Part shown: piece after piece, positions 38,369-47,415 of the stretch
How positions within the stretch are numbered: position 1 is the first letter of the stretch
How the letters are laid out: every line of letters begins with the position of its first letter
Assembly: GCA_965116415.1 (NCBI GenBank)
Contig: OZ220693.1
Coordinates: 2,488,806-2,552,805, forward strand
From: Dehalococcoidia bacterium
Lineage (GTDB): Bacteria > Chloroflexota > Dehalococcoidia > Lucifugimonadales > UBA1123
Reading direction: 5' to 3'
Length of the DNA: 64,000 bases
Program-made: the position numbers and the translations under genes
The notes under the pieces: model-generated
What the model saw: the letters and a program-made list of their open reading frames with translations, nothing else
Told to the model about the DNA's origin: nothing
Databases searched by the model: none

Positions 38369-41300
38369 ATGAATCTCCGCAGATTTGCTGCCCCAAGAAC
38401 CGCCACGGGTGCAGCTGTATTGCTGGGTGCTGTCACCGCTTCATTGGTGACTGTCGGGATCATCTCCCACAGTCTGGCGACGGCTGACGACTGTTCGACT
38501 GGATCTGCCGTGTCAGACCAGACTAACAATCCCGGACTGGTATCGGACTGTGAGATCCTCCTCACAGTCCGGAACACATTGGCAGGGAGCGCAACTCTCA
38601 ACTGGTCGTCGGGAACTCCCATCCACGACTGGGAAGGAGTTACAGTCGCAGGAACACCCTTGCGGATCACGGGGCTGTCACTCGGTGGCAAGCAGCTTAG
38701 TGGTTCAATACCCTCGGAGTTGGGCCGTCTTTCCAACCTAAAATGGCTCTACCTCAACGGCAATGAGCTGAGCGGGCCGATTCCGCCGGAGCTGGGAGAC
38801 CTTTCCAACCTAATATGGCTAGACCTCGGCCACAACGACTTGAGCAGTGAGATACCTCCAGAGTTGGGCCGTCTCTCCAACCTAACCGAGCTGGCCCTCT
38901 GGGCCAACCGATTGAACGGCGCCATACCGGCTGAGTTGAGCGATCTCACCAGACTGACGTCGCTGGGCCTCAGCGAAAACGATCTAAGCAGCCCGATTCC
39001 ACCGGAGTTGGGCAGCCTCTCCAACCTGGAATTGCTAAACCTCAGCAGCAACAGTCTGACCGGCCCGATACCGGCTGAATTGGGCGGCTTCTCCAACCTG
39101 ACCGTGCTCGATCTCGGCCGCAACCGGCTGAATGGCCCGATACCCCCTGAAGTGGGCAGTCTTTCCAAATTGACTTGGCTGGACCTCAGAGACAACGAGT
39201 TGACCACAGCGATACCGGTTGAGGTGGGCGGACTCACCAACCTGAATTGGCTGGACCTCAGAGACAACAAGCTGAGCGGACCGATTCCGCCAGACCTTGG
39301 CAACCTGTCCAACTTGGAGTGGCTGTACCTCGGAGGCAACCGGCTGAGTGGCTCAATTCGAACCGAGTTGGGCAGTCTTTCCTACGTGACGTTGCTGGGA
39401 CTCGAAGGCAACCGGCTGACCGGGCCGATTCCACCGGAGTTGGGCGGACTCTCCAACCTGACGGTACTGTACCTCAATGCCAATGAATTAAGCGGACCGA
39501 TTCCGCCAGAGTTGAGCGGCCTCTCCCATCTGACTGGGCTATACCTTGGCAACAACCAGTTGACCGGCCCAATTCCTGCGGAACTGGGTGAGCTCACCAA
39601 CCTGGTGTTGCTGGACCTTTGGGTCAACCAACTAAGTGGGCCGATACCGCCGGAACTGAGCGGCCTCTCCAACCTGATTGAGCTGGACCTCAGATATAAC
39701 CTGCTGAGTGGACTGATTCCGCCGGAGCTAGCCGGCCTCCCAAATCTGGAACGGCTTTACCTCATGGGTAACCAGTTCAGCGGTTGCATCCCCGTGGGTC
39801 TGCGGTCCGTTGATGAGAACGATCTCGCTGAAACTGGCACGCCATTCTGCGACCTGTTGCTCAGCAGACTGACCATCGCACCGGGATCATTGAGCCCTGC
39901 CTTCGATTCCTACGTGAGCTACTACATCGCGGAGGTTGGAAGTGCGTCTCAGTTCACCGTGAGTCCTGTCAACGACCACAACGCCGCCATCCGATTCCTG
40001 GATGAAGACTTCGTCGAAGTGTCGGATGCGAATGACTCACTGGCGGGCTACCAGGTGAACCTCGGCGACGGTACTACTACTGTCACTGTCAGGGTCATCT
40101 CACCGGACGGATCAGGGACGCACACCTATGTCATTCAGGCCAGCCGGAAGCCGGCGACTCTAAATGCCTGTGCCACCGGCGGTGCGGTGTCCGATCCGGT
40201 TAGTGATCCTGGCCTGGTGTCCGACTGCGTTGCGCTGCTGTCGGCACACGATACGCTGGAGGGAAGTTCAATCTTCGACTGGTCAGAAGAAACTCCCATC
40301 CGAGGTTGGGATGGTGTCACGCTAGGAGGGACTCCTCAGCGCGTCACGGAGTTGCGTCTTGCCTCCAGACAGTTGAGTGGTACGGCCCCTCCGGAGTGGG
40401 GGAGCATCTCCAGCTTGACGTGGCTGTCCCTCGTTGGCAATGAGTTGAGCGGACCAGTACCACCTGAGTGGGGCAGTCTCTCCAAACTGGAGTGGCTGAA
40501 TCTAGCCGGTAATAAACTGACCGGTCCGATACCGCCCGAGCTGAGCAACCTCTCCAGCCTGACGGTCGCGTACCTCAACGGCAATGAACTAGACGGGCCG
40601 ATACCTCCAGAGTTGGGCAGTCTCCCCCACCTGGAAAGGTTGTACCTCAGCCATAACGAACTGAGCGGGGAGATACCTGCTGAGTTGGGTAATATTTCCA
40701 GCCTGGTGGGGATGAGCCTCTATGGCAACCATCTGAGTGGCCCAATACCGCCAGAGTTGGGGGACCTCTCCAACCTCCGGTGGCTGGTACTCGGCGGCAA
40801 CGAGCTGAGCGGCCGAATACCGCCGAAACTGGGGGATCTCTCCAACCTCGAGGTGCTGGACCTCAGCGGCAACGAGTTGAGTGGTCCAATGCCACCTGAG
40901 TTGGGCAGTCTCTCCAACCTGGAGGGGTCGGGCGAGTCGACCAACGTGACGGGGCTGAATCTCAGCCGTAACAGGTTGAGCGGACAGATACCACCGGAAT
41001 TGGGGAATCTCTCCAATCTGAAGGGACTGAACCTCAGAGACAACGAGTTGAGTGGTCCGGTGCCGCCGGAACTCGGCAGTCTCTCCAACCTGATACGGTT
41101 GGACCTCGACGGCAACGAACTGGATGGCACCATACCATCGGAGTGGGGCAGTCTGTCCAACCTAGAGGAGCTGAACCTCGATCGGAACCAGTTTAGCGGG
41201 GAGCTTCCAGACACGTTGACCTCCCTAACCGTGCTGGAGTGGATGGTGTTCTACAACAACCTGGGGATCTGCGCTCCTGTCAATGACGAATTCCAAGCAT

Positions 41301-42445
41301 GGCTCCAGAGCATACACACTGTGCGTGGCAGCAGCTGCGCACCGAGGGACTCGCAGGAAGACCGGGCCACGCTGGCCAAGCTTTACAACGCAACGGCAGG
41401 TAGTAATTGGGAAAATAGTTCCAACTGGCTGACCGACCGTCCCATGAGGGAGTGGTACGGCGTCACCAATGACGCCCACGGGAGAGTCATCGGACTGTAC
41501 CTTGCCCATAACCAGATGAGCGGGCCTCTACCGCTCGAGTTGGGCGGGCTCTCCAACCTGAAGTGGATGGAACTTAGAGTCAACAAGCTGAGCGGGCCTA
41601 TACCTTCCGAGATGGGAGGTCTCTCCAACCTGGAATGGCTGCTTCTCGGCGGCAACGAGCTGACCGGTCCAATACCCCCTGAGTTGGGCAGTCTCTCCAA
41701 CCTGGAGTGGATGTACCTCTACAACAACCGGTTGAGTGGAGAGATCCCGTCAGAACTTGGGAACCTGACGAATCTGGACAGTATGCACCTCTCGTGGAAC
41801 AGGCTTACCGGACAGGTGCCGGCTTCGCTGGGCAACCTTGCCAATCTGACCAGTCTGTCACTAAAGGGCAACCGTTTGGATGGACAGATACCGGCCTCGC
41901 TGAGTAGCCTCGCGAGACTGAGGTGGTTGAACCTTAGTCGAAACGATTTTACAGGCTGCATCCCGACAGGTCTGCAGGACGTGATTTCCAACGATCTTAC
42001 AAGTCTGCGCCTGCCGTTCTGCTCCATGCCGACGACAGCCATGAGCGCCGCTCCCACACGTAGCCCAGTCAGAATCGACTCGCCAATCCCTGTGACGACA
42101 TGGTTCAGCGAACCGGTCAACGGATTTACAGTCGATGATGTCATCGTGGTCAACGGCTCAGCAGCCAACTTTGTCGGTAGTGATGGCACCACGGTGTTCA
42201 CCTTTGTCGTGACGCCAACCGGCATCGGTGACGTGACAGTAGACATTCCGTCCGGAGTCGCGACCGCCGGAACAGGATACCGAAACTCACCCGCGCATCT
42301 ATCCCTCGGCATCCCATACGACGACGATCGGGACGGGGAAATCAGCCGGGACGAGTTAGTCACGGCCATCAACGATTACCTGTTCAATAACCTCCTGACC
42401 AGGGATCAGGTCATAGCTCTGATAAGTCTCTATCTCTTCGAGTGA
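38369..42445 (+). CDS. secreted 1358-aa leucine-rich-repeat protein (three Cys-capped plant-type LRR blocks, about 34 repeats; cadherin-like beta-sandwich; Ig-like domain; EF-hand/dockerin-like tail)
   Basis: Signal peptide. 24-aa LRR consensus LxxLxLxxNxLSGPIPPELGxLSNL. N-caps of type C..(18-20 aa)..C..LL...L.....NW....P...W.GV. C-caps NxF[ST]GC[IV]P...[FY]C. Tail DDDRDGEISRDE...ISLYLFE. Confidence 0.9.
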   Translation: MNLRRFAAPRTATGAAVLLGAVTASLVTVGIISHSLATADDCSTGSAVSDQTNNPGLVSDCEILLTVRNTLAGSATLNWSSGTPIHDWEGVTVAGTPLRITGLSLGGKQLSGSIPSELGRLSNLKWLYLNGNELSGPIPPELGDLSNLIWLDLGHNDLSSEIPPELGRLSNLTELALWANRLNGAIPAELSDLTRLTSLGLSENDLSSPIPPELGSLSNLELLNLSSNSLTGPIPAELGGFSNLTVLDLGRNRLNGPIPPEVGSLSKLTWLDLRDNELTTAIPVEVGGLTNLNWLDLRDNKLSGPIPPDLGNLSNLEWLYLGGNRLSGSIRTELGSLSYVTLLGLEGNRLTGPIPPELGGLSNLTVLYLNANELSGPIPPELSGLSHLTGLYLGNNQLTGPIPAELGELTNLVLLDLWVNQLSGPIPPELSGLSNLIELDLRYNLLSGLIPPELAGLPNLERLYLMGNQFSGCIPVGLRSVDENDLAETGTPFCDLLLSRLTIAPGSLSPAFDSYVSYYIAEVGSASQFTVSPVNDHNAAIRFLDEDFVEVSDANDSLAGYQVNLGDGTTTVTVRVISPDGSGTHTYVIQASRKPATLNACATGGAVSDPVSDPGLVSDCVALLSAHDTLEGSSIFDWSEETPIRGWDGVTLGGTPQRVTELRLASRQLSGTAPPEWGSISSLTWLSLVGNELSGPVPPEWGSLSKLEWLNLAGNKLTGPIPPELSNLSSLTVAYLNGNELDGPIPPELGSLPHLERLYLSHNELSGEIPAELGNISSLVGMSLYGNHLSGPIPPELGDLSNLRWLVLGGNELSGRIPPKLGDLSNLEVLDLSGNELSGPMPPELGSLSNLEGSGESTNVTGLNLSRNRLSGQIPPELGNLSNLKGLNLRDNELSGPVPPELGSLSNLIRLDLDGNELDGTIPSEWGSLSNLEELNLDRNQFSGELPDTLTSLTVLEWMVFYNNLGICAPVNDEFQAWLQSIHTVRGSSCAPRDSQEDRATLAKLYNATAGSNWENSSNWLTDRPMREWYGVTNDAHGRVIGLYLAHNQMSGPLPLELGGLSNLKWMELRVNKLSGPIPSEMGGLSNLEWLLLGGNELTGPIPPELGSLSNLEWMYLYNNRLSGEIPSELGNLTNLDSMHLSWNRLTGQVPASLGNLANLTSLSLKGNRLDGQIPASLSSLARLRWLNLSRNDFTGCIPTGLQDVISNDLTSLRLPFCSMPTTAMSAAPTRSPVRIDSPIPVTTWFSEPVNGFTVDDVIVVNGSAANFVGSDGTTVFTFVVTPTGIGDVTVDIPSGVATAGTGYRNSPAHLSLGIPYDDDRDGEISRDELVTAINDYLFNNLLTRDQVIALISLYLFE

Positions 42446-42535
42446 AAGGGTCCGCCTGAACAATTGCCCCCGCATCGGTGCCACCGTACACTGTCAGCGT
42501 CTGTTAGTTCCGACCACACACCACGGAGGCGCGCT

Positions 42536-43321
42536 ATGAGTGAACTGGACGACCGCTACGAACGAGGGCAGGAGACTCGGAGGATGTTCGGCGGCGGGCA
42601 GATCTCTGGTGGCTCGTCGCCAGCAGCGTGGGAGCTTGCGCCTGACCTGGAGAGGATTCTCGGCGAGGCGCTGTTCGGCACTATCTGGAGGCGGCCCGCG
42701 CTGACGCCGGTGCAGCGGGAGATGGTCACGCTGTCGTGCCTGATCGTCATGAACCGCGAGGTGCAGCTCAAGCGTCACCTGGGAAACGCGCTGAACGTGG
42801 GACTGACTCCTGAGCAGCTCGTGGAGCTGATCATTCACGACACCTGGTACGGCGCGGCGCCCGCGGGCATCCAGGCGCTGACGATCTGCAAGGAGGTCTT
42901 CGAGGAGCGTGGGATAGACTTCACTCCGTCCCGTGTCCACGACACCGACGAAGACCCCGACAGCCTGTTCCAACGGGGCGAGGAACTCCGGCAACGCTAC
43001 ATGGGCACCACCTCGCCGACACGCGCGAACCAGCCGACACAGGCCGAGAGGGACCTTGGACAGATCACTGGAGAGTACTACTGGGGCGCGACCTGGACCC
43101 GGCCGGGCCTCGATCTCCCCAGCCGCTGCATCTGCACCATGGCGTGCCTGGCCGCGCTGGGACGCGAGGGGCCGCTGCGGAGCCACATCAGGGCCGCGCT
43201 GAACATCGGGTTCACGCAGGACCAGATCATCGAGGTGTTCGGACACATGACGCTGTACGCCGGGATACCATTCGCCCGCGGCGCGATGGACCTCGCCAAC
43301 GAGATATTCACCAGCGGATAA
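42536..43321 (+). CDS. carboxymuconolactone decarboxylase (CMD/AhpD-like) family protein, tandem CMD domains
   Basis: GGAGG lies 6 nt before the ATG at 42536. Two copies of the pattern REMVTLSCL...L..H...ALN.G.T.EQ..E...H...Y.G.P. Confidence 0.75.
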   Translation: MSELDDRYERGQETRRMFGGGQISGGSSPAAWELAPDLERILGEALFGTIWRRPALTPVQREMVTLSCLIVMNREVQLKRHLGNALNVGLTPEQLVELIIHDTWYGAAPAGIQALTICKEVFEERGIDFTPSRVHDTDEDPDSLFQRGEELRQRYMGTTSPTRANQPTQAERDLGQITGEYYWGATWTRPGLDLPSRCICTMACLAALGREGPLRSHIRAALNIGFTQDQIIEVFGHMTLYAGIPFARGAMDLANEIFTSG

Positions 43322-43379
43322 AGATGCCGATGTCCCTGTCCGCAAGCCTGCGCATGTCGTTCAGACTGAGGCGTCTCCT

Positions 43380-44462
43380 GTGCACGAGGGGCTATCAGTG
43401 AAGACGATAGTCCTGTCCGACCACACGGGCGACATGATCGCCATGCAGGAGCGCCAGAACAACCGGGGCTATGACATCGAGATGGCCCGGTATGAGAGCG
43501 CGACTGCAGAGCTCGAGAAGCGTATCGAGGGGGAGTACGCGAGCCGCATGTCGGCATACCGGCAGGAGCTTGTGGACTGGAACGCCATGAACTGGGTGCG
43601 GAAGCTTGCCGACGGCATCTCGAAATGGAGGGTGCTGTTCCTGCTGTGCATAGTCGTGATAGTTGGCTGTGCGTTCGCATACGCTGCAATGCCCGGAAAC
43701 TGGACGGTCCTGCTGGGCATTCCAGCAACTGCCGGGTTCATTGCGCTGTTCTTCCCGACCCGCGTCCCGAGGCAGCCGTCGCGCGAGAAGATCAGCATGC
43801 GCTGGCTTGCGCCCGCACGGCCCGAGCGCATGGAGTCCAGTGACGAGGAACTGGTGTGGCAGGCCGGAAACGAGGGAGAGCGCAGGGTTGCCTCGCATCT
43901 GTCCAGCCTGCTGGACGACGACTGGACGCTGATCTCGGGATATCGAGGGCCGGGAGGCGAGGTCGACCAGATTCTCGTCGGCCCTCGAGGAGTCTGCGCC
44001 ATGGAGACGAAGTTCCTCAACGGAACAGTGTTCGTGAACGGGGACTCCTGGGAGCTCGACAAGTACGACAACTACGGCAATCGTGTTGAGTCCGGTCGGG
44101 CTATCGAAGACCGCAGAGGGCGCTCTCCCAGCGAGCAGGTGAATGGCGCTGTGAAGCCCCTCGAGAGGTTCCTGTCCAAGCGGGGCCCCGTGAAACAAAT
44201 CAGCCGAACCGTGATCCTGACACACGACAAGTCACGTGTGGGCAGGGTCAAGGGCCGAACCGTGGACCACATCGGGACACTGGATGATCTGGACGTCGAC
44301 AGGCTGTTCCCGCGACGTACCCCTCGCCTCGACCCCGAAGCAGCGATGAGCGTGGTCCAGCGCATTCAGGGCGACCACGAATACCACAGGAAGCGCTCCA
44401 GCAATCGCTCCAGGCGTCCTGGCCGTCCCGGACGTCGTAGGGGGTGGAGTCGCAGACGCTAG
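43380..44462 (+). CDS. membrane-anchored NERD (nuclease-related) domain protein with an Arg-rich C-terminal tail
   Basis: Two TM segments, then GERRVASHL..LLDDDWTLISGY...GEVDQILVGPRGVCAMETKFLNG (NERD-like). The start is uncertain (43380, 43398 or 43434). Confidence 0.65.
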   Translation: MHEGLSVKTIVLSDHTGDMIAMQERQNNRGYDIEMARYESATAELEKRIEGEYASRMSAYRQELVDWNAMNWVRKLADGISKWRVLFLLCIVVIVGCAFAYAAMPGNWTVLLGIPATAGFIALFFPTRVPRQPSREKISMRWLAPARPERMESSDEELVWQAGNEGERRVASHLSSLLDDDWTLISGYRGPGGEVDQILVGPRGVCAMETKFLNGTVFVNGDSWELDKYDNYGNRVESGRAIEDRRGRSPSEQVNGAVKPLERFLSKRGPVKQISRTVILTHDKSRVGRVKGRTVDHIGTLDDLDVDRLFPRRTPRLDPEAAMSVVQRIQGDHEYHRKRSSNRSRRPGRPGRRRGWSRRR

Positions 44463-44617
44463 CCGGGCGTGCCTGTGAAGGCGGCGATCATCTGGGCCTC
44501 CGAGGTGCGGCTCGCCTGCCTGCTAACCAAGTCCGTCAAGTGACCTCGCATCGTGCCGGTGCTATGCTGTTGGCAAGCACGGTACAGGACTGTCTTGAGA
44601 CACCACGGAGGAACGGC

Positions 44618-44869
44618 ATGACAGTTGACCAGGACCTCCTGAAGCGGATAACTGCCCGTCCAGACGTTTTTGGCGGCAAGCCGATCATCCGTGACATGAG
44701 AGTGTCCGTGGAACTGATACTGAGCCTGCTCACTCAGGGCGTTCAGCCGGAGGAAATCCTCGACGACTACCCCGACCTTGAGTTGGATGACATTCGTGCA
44801 TGCACCGCCTACGCACACGCAGTCATAGCGGGAGACTCTCTGGCCGCAGTGTCCGTTGGAGAGTCGTGA
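44618..44869 (+). CDS. DUF433 domain protein (antitoxin-like), no cognate partner seen
   Basis: GGAGG lies 6 nt before the ATG at 44618. ITARPDVFGGKPIIRDMRVSVELILSLLTQGVQPEEILDDYPDLELDDIRACTAYA is the classic DUF433 pattern. Confidence 0.75.
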   Translation: MTVDQDLLKRITARPDVFGGKPIIRDMRVSVELILSLLTQGVQPEEILDDYPDLELDDIRACTAYAHAVIAGDSLAAVSVGES

Positions 44870-45063
44870 GGCACTGGAAGCACGCTCCATAGTTACTGTG
44901 AGTGGCGGGAGAATCAGGATTTCCAGACCCCATGCGCTCTGAACTGAACCCATTGATGGTCGGGCTCTGATTAAGGCCGCTCAAGACCCCTTGGAAAGCG
45001 CCTTAGCATGTAGGAGCAGTGCCACGCCTCCTTGGATGCTGTACCAATCTAGTAGGCGAACAT

Positions 45064-45102
45064 TTCACCCTCACCCTAACCCTCTCCCTCAAGGGAGAGG
45101 GG
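45064..45102. repeat. REP type-A unit, reverse orientation
   Basis: ttcaccctcaccctaaccctctccctcaagggagagggg. Confidence 0.85.
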
Positions 45103-45145
45103 ATTGTCGGTCCCGGAATGCGACACCGACCAAACTGATACAGGC

Positions 45146-46361
45146 GTAACCGTCCCATAGTCGGTGTGGAAAGAAGAGGGCGGGGAAACTTGGTAAGGTT
45201 TCGGTATCCAAAGAGACCAAGACCAAGAGACCCCGCCGATGCCCAGAGTAAGATTCACACTTCCCCAGGTCAAGCTCTTTCCAGATACCAGGCCGTCATT
45301 CTGTCCATACTGTGGCAGCGTGTACCTGAGTCGACACGGACTGGTCACAAAACGCATCAAAGACCTCTATGTCAGTGAGGTCACGGTGCAAAGGTACCGA
45401 TGTTACGACTGTGATTGCACGTTCAGACATTATCCTCAGGGAGTTGACCGTCACGATCAGAGTCACAGACTCAGAGGGTTGGCGGCATTGAGTTGGGCTC
45501 TGGGTCTGTCGCTTCGTTCGGTGAGTCATCTGCTGAGCGCGCTGGGATGTAAGTTGTCGAGGATGAGTGTATGGCGAGACGTTCAGGAGTCGGGATCAAA
45601 CGCACTGGATGGGTGGTTGAGTCCGCTGCGGCAGAGTCGTGTGAGGCTGATGGGAGCCGATGAGACTGTGATCAAGGTGCGGGGTAAGCAGACGGTGGTC
45701 GGGTTCGTCACAGATGCTGAGAGTGGACAGCTTGTGGGAATGGACGTGTTGGTTGACAGGGACAGTGACGGCTTCGTCAGGTGGCTTGAGAGGTATGTAA
45801 ATGGGTTCGGAGTGGAGTCGATAGTGACCGACGACCTCAACACCTACAAGCCAGTGGTCGAACATCTCGGAGTGGACCACCAGGTATGTATCGCACACGT
45901 CAGGAAGTGGGTGTGGAATCGACTCAGAGAGATAGGTGGGTGGGACTGGTACAAGTCGAGGATATGGCTTCTGATGACCGAACTGCCCAGGGGAGGCGGT
46001 CGAGAACTGCTCGACATGGAGCATCGTGTTCGCGGACACCCGAAGCTTCACCGTCTGGTGGTGGAGTTATGTGATAAGTGGCGGTCTCTGACATGTCACC
46101 AGCGAGTGAGAGGGATGCCACAGACCAACAACTGCACAGAGCGAACGATAGGAAGGAGCAAGGTCAGGTACAGGACAGTCAGAGGGTACAAGAGCGAGAA
46201 GGGAATGATGAATGGATTGGGACTCACACAGTGGGTGTGGAGCGGTCAGGAGGGACTCGATCTCAGCGAGCTGATCGCTGCCTAGATACAAGTACGAAAC
46301 CTGGTCGCCGATGACTCTTTCAAGCCACTCCCAAATCTCCCACCGACTATGGGACGGTTAC
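45146..46361 (+). mobile_element. insertion sequence (1216 bp) with perfect 21-bp terminal inverted repeats and a single DDE transposase
   Basis: IRL gtaaccgtcccatagtcggtg (45146-45166) is the reverse complement of 46341-46361. No target-site duplication was recognisable. Confidence 0.8.
45239..46285 (+). CDS. DDE transposase with an N-terminal zinc ribbon (ISL3-like or IS6-like; family uncertain)
   Basis: CPYCGS...RYRCYDCDCTF zinc ribbon. MGADETVIKVRGK, VTDDLNTYKP and TNNCTERTIGRSKVRYRTVRGY motifs (D, D, E regions). Confidence 0.8.
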   Translation: MPRVRFTLPQVKLFPDTRPSFCPYCGSVYLSRHGLVTKRIKDLYVSEVTVQRYRCYDCDCTFRHYPQGVDRHDQSHRLRGLAALSWALGLSLRSVSHLLSALGCKLSRMSVWRDVQESGSNALDGWLSPLRQSRVRLMGADETVIKVRGKQTVVGFVTDAESGQLVGMDVLVDRDSDGFVRWLERYVNGFGVESIVTDDLNTYKPVVEHLGVDHQVCIAHVRKWVWNRLREIGGWDWYKSRIWLLMTELPRGGGRELLDMEHRVRGHPKLHRLVVELCDKWRSLTCHQRVRGMPQTNNCTERTIGRSKVRYRTVRGYKSEKGMMNGLGLTQWVWSGQEGLDLSELIAA

Positions 46362-46365
46362 CTAG

Positions 46366-46405
46366 CCCCCTCTCCCTTGACGGGAGAGGTCTGGGGTGAG
46401 GGTGA
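46366..46405. repeat. REP type-A unit, forward orientation
   Basis: ccccctctcccttgacgggagaggtctggggtgagggtga, lying 3 nt from the SMP-30 gene stop codon. Confidence 0.85.
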
Positions 46406-46408
46406 CGA

Positions 46409-47260
46409 TCACCCCCCAGGCGCGATCCCCGCAACATTAACCCTAACGCTATACAACCCCGTCCTCGCCGTCACGAACAGCGTCTTATAGCCATCGCCCC
46501 CGAACCCGACGTTCGCCGGCAGCTCAGGAAACACGATCGTCCCAAGGTGCTCCGCCTCCGGGCTGATCACCCACACACCGCCCGCGCCCGTCACGTACAG
46601 GTTGCCCGATGTGTCCACCTTCATACCGTCCGGGCTTCCCTGCTCAGGCGTGTCCATGTCGATGAACACCCTGTCGTTCGACAGCGACAGGTCGTCGTTC
46701 ACGTCGAACAACCGCACGTTTCGCCGCTCGGTGTCGTCGACGTACAGCACCGACTCGTCCGGCGAGAACGCCAGCCCGTTCGGACGCCCGAAGTCCGACT
46801 CCAGCAGCGTGATGCTCCCGTCGCCGTCGATCCTGTAGACGCCGTTGAACCCGATCTCCGCCTCCTCAGGCTGGATGCCATACGGCGGATCGGTGAAGAA
46901 CACGCTCCCGCTGGAGTGGACGACAAGGTCGTTCGGGCTGTTCAGCCGCTTGCCGTCCCAGTAGGACACTACGGTCTCCATCTGCCCGTCGTCGGCCTGT
47001 CGCGAGACCTGCCTGCCCGTGTGCTCGCACGCCACCAGCCTGAGGTCGTGGTCGAACGTGAGCCCGTTCGAATTGCGACTGGGCTGTAGGTACGTCTCGA
47101 CGCTCCCGTCAGGCGTGTACTTGATGATCCGGTTCGCCGGAATGTCGCTGAACAGCAGGTAGCCGTCCGGGTGCCACACCGGCCCCTCGGTGAATTGAAG
47201 GTCGCCGATCAGCTTCTCAGGCTGCTGCTCCGGAACGATCTCGTTGAAAGCTGAAGTCAT
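46409..47260 (-). CDS. SMP-30/gluconolactonase/LRE-family lactonase
   Basis: FTEGPVWHPDGYLLFSDIPANRI, NGLTFD, PNDLVV, PNGLAFSPDE and PDGMKVD propeller-blade motifs. Confidence 0.85.
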   Translation of the reverse strand: MTSAFNEIVPEQQPEKLIGDLQFTEGPVWHPDGYLLFSDIPANRIIKYTPDGSVETYLQPSRNSNGLTFDHDLRLVACEHTGRQVSRQADDGQMETVVSYWDGKRLNSPNDLVVHSSGSVFFTDPPYGIQPEEAEIGFNGVYRIDGDGSITLLESDFGRPNGLAFSPDESVLYVDDTERRNVRLFDVNDDLSLSNDRVFIDMDTPEQGSPDGMKVDTSGNLYVTGAGGVWVISPEAEHLGTIVFPELPANVGFGGDGYKTLFVTARTGLYSVRVNVAGIAPGG

Positions 47261-47415
47261 CTCTCTAAGTCCTTTGGTGCTGCGGTCAATTTGCTAACGC
47301 TGGCCCATCGTCACAGGTCACCACTCAGCGGTCAAGACGACACCCCCACTCCCCCGTAGCATATACTGTCACCTATCACCCTATAGACTATCTAAATCAC
47401 GAGGAACTGCGAAAC

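Noticed and set aside
44870-45063. Search for the PIN-like (DUF5615) partner expected downstream of DUF433
   Set aside because: Only a 9-codon GTG-initiated ORF (8 sense codons, VRHWKHAP, plus stop) overlaps the stop codon. No frame gives a PIN-like sequence.
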